64,000 nucleotides of DNA from Desulfomonilia bacterium (GTDB taxonomy: Bacteria > Desulfobacterota > Desulfomonilia > UBA1062). The stretch lies in the NCBI GenBank assembly GCA_963664325.2, contig CAXXDQ010000007.1, forward strand, positions 416,001 to 480,000, written 5' to 3'. Position numbers and translations under genes: made by a program. Shown piece after piece: positions 59,199 through 64,000 of the stretch. Every line of letters starts with the position of its first letter. Position 1 is the stretch's first letter. The notes beneath the pieces are model-generated. The model saw only the letters and a program-made list of their open reading frames with translations, made no database searches and was not told the DNA's origin.

Positions 59199-60728
59199 TT
59201 ATTTTTCTGTCTTTAACCTCAATGAACGTTCGAATCCGGGCAGCCGTGACTCATTGACAAAAAGTCTGTACGGCCTTCTGATCTTCCACCCCTTCATAAC
59301 AGGATCATACATGCCTATTTTTCTGCCAGAAAAAATAAGTTTCGGATATTTATTATTCTTCCGTTCAAATACTGCCAGTTCTATCCTTTTAACCTTTGGC
59401 AGCAGTTTTATGAAAATTCCTGAACGCGACAGGCCATGATAAACGCAGTGGAGCAGCCTTGATATAAAACGCATGACAGGCCTGCGCACCTTTACCAGAT
59501 GCATCTCCGCAACACCCAATAAACCTCCATAAATCCTGCGCATCCGGCCATCTCTATGTGATTCGCAAACCCGGCCGATAACATTAATCCTGTCAATTGT
59601 ATATGGGTCGGGATTGGCATTACTATCTCCCTTTGTCCGGATCTTGGAGTCTTTTACTTCAATAATTCTGTGGACTATCGTATCTTCCCTGGTTTCAGTC
59701 TTGTAGCATATTACATCGCCTTTTTTTATCCTTGAGCCGGCATCATAAGGAATAACAGTCATCATTTCAGGTTCGATAAATGTAGGATTCATGCTTACGC
59801 CGCGATAGACGAAATACAAACAGTTTCCATTTTTCCTTTTTTGAACATAATCATTTTCAGACAGCCTGACGTTCACTTCTTCAATCTCTCTCCTTTGAAG
59901 GATAACAGATTTAAGGGTCTTTTCCATCTCCTTCCAGAATTCACCGGTAAGGCTGATATGAAGCTGGAAGGCAGGGACAGATTGGGACAGTACATTCGCT
60001 CTTTTAATAAAGTTTTTAACAAGCCCTTGTTTTTCCCTAGCAGTAAACATATTCGAGCGTGTGACATGTTCGACAGTATCAATGATCATGGCCTTCGCAT
60101 GCGCCTTGTCAACCGGTATTGCAAAGTCATTAGGTGACTGCACCAGGAAAAATATCACATTAAGCTGAATTCCATCCTCAACTTTCCAGCTCCCGCCTGG
60201 CCCCTTCGTATAAAACCTGCTCCATGTAGGCCAGGGATGGGCTCTGAAGCCACCATTGCCATCAGGTATAATTATCGTCGCGTCGTCGCAGTAAGAAATC
60301 CAGGGTCCGGGCAGCCTCATGCTGGCTGTGGATTTGCCGATAGTCCCCGGACCGGCCATAATTGCGCCTGCTCCATCATGCGAACACAATGCACCGTGAA
60401 TGAGCATTCCGCCCTTATTCGTAGCATCGATAACAACAGCCTGGGCAATCCTTTCCACCTGGATATTGAACATCTCTCTGTTTTCGGCCGGATTGAGTAT
60501 GCAAAGGATCGGCTCTTCGTCGTTTTCAGGTATAACGAGCTTTTTTTCACCTCTTTCATGTTCCTTTACACAGACCAGAATTTTTCTGCCCTGTTCTTCT
60601 ACTTTCTCAAGCTGCATGATTTCCGCAAGCTTTTGAACAAACGTTTCCGCTTTTTTATCGGTTGGGATGATTGAATATCCAATTGATTCCGTCAGTTTCA
60701 TTACGGGATTCTTATTGATAGTATTCAT
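59199..60728 (-). CDS. scmC: SynChlorMet ScmC-like HPr-kinase-related protein fused to an S26/S24 peptidase domain
   Basis: IHGAL, GPGTIGKST, CDD, HPWPTWS; then GVSMNPT, VHRI, TKGDSN. Confidence 0.78.
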   Translation of the reverse strand: MNTINKNPVMKLTESIGYSIIPTDKKAETFVQKLAEIMQLEKVEEQGRKILVCVKEHERGEKKLVIPENDEEPILCILNPAENREMFNIQVERIAQAVVIDATNKGGMLIHGALCSHDGAGAIMAGPGTIGKSTASMRLPGPWISYCDDATIIIPDGNGGFRAHPWPTWSRFYTKGPGGSWKVEDGIQLNVIFFLVQSPNDFAIPVDKAHAKAMIIDTVEHVTRSNMFTAREKQGLVKNFIKRANVLSQSVPAFQLHISLTGEFWKEMEKTLKSVILQRREIEEVNVRLSENDYVQKRKNGNCLYFVYRGVSMNPTFIEPEMMTVIPYDAGSRIKKGDVICYKTETREDTIVHRIIEVKDSKIRTKGDSNANPDPYTIDRINVIGRVCESHRDGRMRRIYGGLLGVAEMHLVKVRRPVMRFISRLLHCVYHGLSRSGIFIKLLPKVKRIELAVFERKNNKYPKLIFSGRKIGMYDPVMKGWKIRRPYRLFVNESRLPGFERSLRLKTEK

Positions 60729-60742
60729 GGCGAAGTGATTTT

Positions 60743-61909
60743 CTAATTTAGCTGCTTCTTTTTTCTCGACGCAGCGAACCTTCCTGATTCATTCGCCTCA
60801 AGGCACATGGTATGCGGCCATAGGAGTCTGCCGAAGTTCGAGTAGTTCTGCACAACACAGCCTGTCCTGCATTTGCGCATGAATATGCAGTTGCGGCACA
60901 GTTCCGGATAATTCGCGAAATCCATTAGATCATTTCTGAGTCTCACGACCGCCGGATGGTTGAGCCATATGTTCCTGATCGAATCTTCTCCGAGCTTGCC
61001 GTAAACAAGTTCGGGCATGGTCCTGCCTATTCCGCACAGAGCAATAGCCCCTGAGCCAAGGATGCCGAGTATATGGTCAACCCCGCAATCGCCTGCATTG
61101 GTATTTGAAACAAGCTCTTTAATCGGTCTTAAAGAAAGCGGAATGTTAATTATAACAGGTATGCGGGAAATCTTTTTCAGAGAGCCCCTCACAAAATCAG
61201 ACAGCTCAATTATTTCCTTAAGTGCAAGTGTCTCGTTCCTCTCGTGCATGAGGATGCCTCGGCCGTTGTTTGTCACAGGATTCAACTTTACCGAACCCGC
61301 GCCCTTCGACGCCGCCATCTTGACGAGCTCTTCAACCTCGCCGACATTGCCCCTATGAGGGGACATGATTATCTGCACGTTCTTGTAGCCGGCATCGACA
61401 AGGCACCTTAGACCGTTCAGAGCCGTCTTGTAAGCGCCTTTGACGCCTCTGAACCTGTCATGGGATTCCTCATGTATGCTGTCCAGACTTATTGATATGA
61501 AGCTGATCTTCGTCTCTTCCCTTAGAAACCTCGCCTTTTCTTCATCGAGGAGCGTGCCATTGGTTTCCATATTCAGGCTCAATCCCTCTTCGGAGAGCAT
61601 TCTGGCTATTTCCCTGAACCTCGGATGTATCATCGGTTCGCCACCGGTAAGCTTGGCGTTGGTCAGACCGAGCGGCTTCGCCTCATTCACTGCCTGTCTT
61701 AAAAGCTCTATGTCAATGACCTCGCCGGGAGACGGCTTCCCGTTTACGAAAGAAGGCGTTATCCAGCAGTGCCTGCACTTCAGATTACAGCTGTCAGACA
61801 TGTAGAGGTAAAACGCTCTCAGAACCGGGACGCCTTCAGGCAGATCGGGATTTCTCTTATTGTCACTATCAACCATATCGCTGCTTAAGCAAAGATCGGT
61901 CATTCTCAA
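60743..61909 (-). CDS. scmF: Radical SAM/SPASM protein, ScmF-like
   Basis: CNLKCRHCWI, LTGGEP, ETNG; SPASM-type CRNCIFMRKCRTGC. Confidence 0.82.
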   Translation of the reverse strand: MRMTDLCLSSDMVDSDNKRNPDLPEGVPVLRAFYLYMSDSCNLKCRHCWITPSFVNGKPSPGEVIDIELLRQAVNEAKPLGLTNAKLTGGEPMIHPRFREIARMLSEEGLSLNMETNGTLLDEEKARFLREETKISFISISLDSIHEESHDRFRGVKGAYKTALNGLRCLVDAGYKNVQIIMSPHRGNVGEVEELVKMAASKGAGSVKLNPVTNNGRGILMHERNETLALKEIIELSDFVRGSLKKISRIPVIINIPLSLRPIKELVSNTNAGDCGVDHILGILGSGAIALCGIGRTMPELVYGKLGEDSIRNIWLNHPAVVRLRNDLMDFANYPELCRNCIFMRKCRTGCVVQNYSNFGRLLWPHTMCLEANESGRFAASRKKKQLN

Positions 61910-63012
61910 ACCTCTTGAAGATATTTTTTATAGCAGACAAGCGGATCAATGGAGTTCAACATACCGGTCTTTGACATGACTGTTCCGGGACATCCGCCGG
62001 TGCAGAATCCTGCATACAGACAGCCCCGGCATTCTTCGGCCTCGGTTATTGGAATTTTGCGTCGCTCCCTCACAATATTTATGTTCGGGTGAGCCTGCCA
62101 GACCTCTTTGAGCGAAACCTCTCCCATTTTTCCCATGACCAGGGTGGGCAGCATGTTGCACGGCACATATGTTCCGTCGTGCAGAACCGCCATCTTGTTG
62201 AACACTCCCCCACAGGAGCAGAATGTTCCTCTGCCTTTCATCGAGGTTTCACCTCTTTCAAGCCTCTCACTGATTTCCCTCATCATCCTGGCCCTTGTCA
62301 GCGGCCCGGCCTGTGCGCTTATACGACCGCCGTATCTTTCATCGATCGAGACAAGCGTAACCATTGCCTTCTTTCTTTCTTCTATACTCAGTATGATATC
62401 CTGGCCGTTGCAGCGGGCGCTTCCCATATAGTCGGCCTCGTTCGTGCTGAATCCGGACAGACCCACGTCATCTATGAGCAGCTCGGCAATGTTTTCAAGG
62501 TCATTTACATTATGGCGGTTTATGGTAACCCTCACGGTGACGGGAAAACCATGTTTTTTCAGTAGTCTGAGTGCGCCTATCGCCTTTTCGAAACTCCGGG
62601 GAGGCCTGCTCTTGTCATGGATGTCCGGTCTTGAACCGTCGACTGAAATCTGGATGGAATCGAGCCTCTGCCTGCGTTTTCCTTTAAAGAATTCGCTTAT
62701 GGTTTTCTCGTCAATGAGCGTGCCGTTGGAAAGTATTTTGTATCTCATCTTGTTGTCTATGACACTGTCGATGATTTCGAAAAGGTCTTTTCTTATGAAC
62801 ACTTCGCCCCCGCTCAGGCAGACCTTCTGAACCCCCAGACCACCCGCTTCACTGAAAAATGCAAGCCAGTCCCCGGTAGGAAGATCATCCGCCTTTTCCA
62901 TGCTCTCTGCATAAAAGCAGTAGCGGCATTTAAGGGTGCATTTTCCTGTAAGTCCTATGTCGAGTTCAAGTGGGGCGGATGATATTCCGGGATAACCTTC
63001 AGGAGATTTCAT
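61906..63012 (-). CDS. scmE: Radical SAM/SPASM protein, ScmE-like
   Basis: CTLKCRYC, SGGE, SNGTL; SCGG, PC, CRGCLYAGFCTGGC. Confidence 0.85.
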   Translation of the reverse strand: MKSPEGYPGISSAPLELDIGLTGKCTLKCRYCFYAESMEKADDLPTGDWLAFFSEAGGLGVQKVCLSGGEVFIRKDLFEIIDSVIDNKMRYKILSNGTLIDEKTISEFFKGKRRQRLDSIQISVDGSRPDIHDKSRPPRSFEKAIGALRLLKKHGFPVTVRVTINRHNVNDLENIAELLIDDVGLSGFSTNEADYMGSARCNGQDIILSIEERKKAMVTLVSIDERYGGRISAQAGPLTRARMMREISERLERGETSMKGRGTFCSCGGVFNKMAVLHDGTYVPCNMLPTLVMGKMGEVSLKEVWQAHPNINIVRERRKIPITEAEECRGCLYAGFCTGGCPGTVMSKTGMLNSIDPLVCYKKYLQEV

Positions 63013-63277
63013 TTATAAAATTTACTCCCAGCATTTTTATGAAGTTTTCCGCATCATTTTTTGCGCTTTCAAAGTCTATACCGCTGAAGCTCTCGACAAG
63101 GAAGGCGGCTATTTCATCCAGAGTCCTCGGCTTTTCTATGAAAACCCATATTAGCCCGCCCGTTACATTCATTATCGTGCTTAAATCCATGTCAGGGTTA
63201 TATAGAACCGCGCCTTCATGGTCTTCATCTCTGAACGAGACATCCGGGTTCGACTGATATCTTATTCCATTCGCCAT
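62999..63277 (-). CDS. scmD: PqqD / RiPP recognition element (ScmD-like)
   Basis: NPDVSFRDE..GAVLYNPD....MNVTG.LIW; 92 aa; directly upstream of the radical SAM genes. Confidence 0.85.
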   Translation of the reverse strand: MANGIRYQSNPDVSFRDEDHEGAVLYNPDMDLSTIMNVTGGLIWVFIEKPRTLDEIAAFLVESFSGIDFESAKNDAENFIKMLGVNFINEIS

Positions 63278-63368
63278 TTTTCACCTTGATTTATATAATT
63301 TTGCTCGATTGATGTTTTCTTTAAAACGTTTACCCGGTGCAATAAATTCAGTTTCAACATAAAACTAG

Positions 63369-63398
63369 AAGCCGGAGACATTCAAAAATCTCCGGCTT
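63369..63398 (-). terminator. Hairpin between the precursor gene and the maturase genes
   Basis: AAGCCGGAGA-N10-TCTCCGGCTT, followed by CTAGTTTT on the minus strand. Confidence 0.6.
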
Positions 63399-63416
63399 AT
63401 GGAATAAACTGGCTTA

Positions 63417-63677
63417 TTAAAAACCATTACCTTCAGAAACACAAGCAGTACTTGCTGAGTTTCCTGAAGAAAAACAGTCATGCATATCGGTTCCTGGTGA
63501 ATTGCCATCACCAGTACATGACAGGGTTGCAAAATTACCAGTCATGCAGGGGGAGTCTGCATTTGATCCCGGTGTAGTACAGTCTCCGATAGAATTCGAG
63601 GTTCCATCAAGCTTTATCGCTTTCGGCGCTTCGTATACGTGTTTAGAAACGGTACCGGATTTGTTTTCTTTAGCCAT
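63417..63677 (-). CDS. Putative RiPP precursor peptide with a five-Cys repeat core
   Basis: AGGAG RBS; leader YEAPKAIKL (YxxPxL-like); core has five C-x2-3-G-[NS] repeats. Confidence 0.75.
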   Translation of the reverse strand: MAKENKSGTVSKHVYEAPKAIKLDGTSNSIGDCTTPGSNADSPCMTGNFATLSCTGDGNSPGTDMHDCFSSGNSASTACVSEGNGF

Positions 63678-63775
63678 CACCATCTCCTAATATATTATCA
63701 TCCGTCATGAGCAAGATAATATTTAACACTTAATCTAAAGACGGGAAAAGTCAACCGTCATATGTTACATTGTCG

Positions 63776-64000
63776 TCAATATATTACCCTGCAGCCGGAG
63801 AAACCGTTCGAGTTGAGCCTGTCCGCAAGTTCAAAGACATCACAGCCGATGTCCCCGGGTACACCCGTAAAAGCCTCTTTTATAAGCTCTACTATCCGGC
63901 CAACGTCTTTAGCGCCGTCGCTGCATTCCTTCTTAACTTGCCCGTGGAGTTGACGGGCACAAAATTTCCGGTATCCATATTGACCCGCACGGCCCAGCCG
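63776..64000 (-). CDS. Second PqqD-family protein (5' end outside the window; apparent frameshift near 63935)
   Basis: Frame-joined GWAVRVNMDTGNFVPVNSTG...DGAKDVGRIVELIKEAFTGVP..IGCDVFELADRLNSNGF. Confidence 0.6.
   Translation of the reverse strand, partial: RLGRAGQYGYRKFCARQLHGQVKKECSDGAKDVGRIVELIKEAFTGVPGDIGCDVFELADRLNSNGFSGCRVIY

Noticed and set aside
1-64000. CRISPR arrays, tRNA/rRNA genes, IS elements
   Set aside because: No repeat-spacer periodicity, cloverleaf, rRNA-like tract or transposase ORF was recognised. This was visual inspection only.

Overview
Bacterial chromosomal window. Gene content suggests an anaerobe resembling Desulfobacterota/deltaproteobacteria (inference only). 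The first ~26 kb is mostly housekeeping: a tightly coupled thi4-thiE-thiC-rapZ-PTS(Man IIA/IIB/IIC)-pyrK-pyrD run, plsC, a CoA-transferase/GNAT fusion, cbpA, comEA, gdhA divergent from an NrpR-type regulator, glgX and a glnS with an extra tRNA-binding domain. It also hides a small glutaredoxin-like ORF with two in-frame UGA codons (probable selenoprotein) that the ORF track missed. 26.9-43.2 kb is a probable lipid or small-molecule biosynthesis and export locus of unknown product: an HMG-CoA-reductase/kinase fusion, B12 radical SAM, GNAT-like, UbiA-like, rifampin-phosphotransferase-like dikinase, BtaA/DUF3419 and acyl-CoA ligase, plus MMPL, LolA-like and outer-membrane proteins. Next come a polyphosphate cluster (ppk1, CHAD, phosphoesterase-HD, ppx) and a DUF134/NifX operon with a palindromic operator. 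The right end is a SynChlorMet-type RiPP cluster: a Cys-repeat precursor candidate, two PqqD/RRE proteins, two radical SAM/SPASM enzymes and a kinase-like/S26 peptidase fusion. Several genes carry single-base frameshifts that may be sequencing errors. No rRNA, tRNA, CRISPR array or transposase was recognised.
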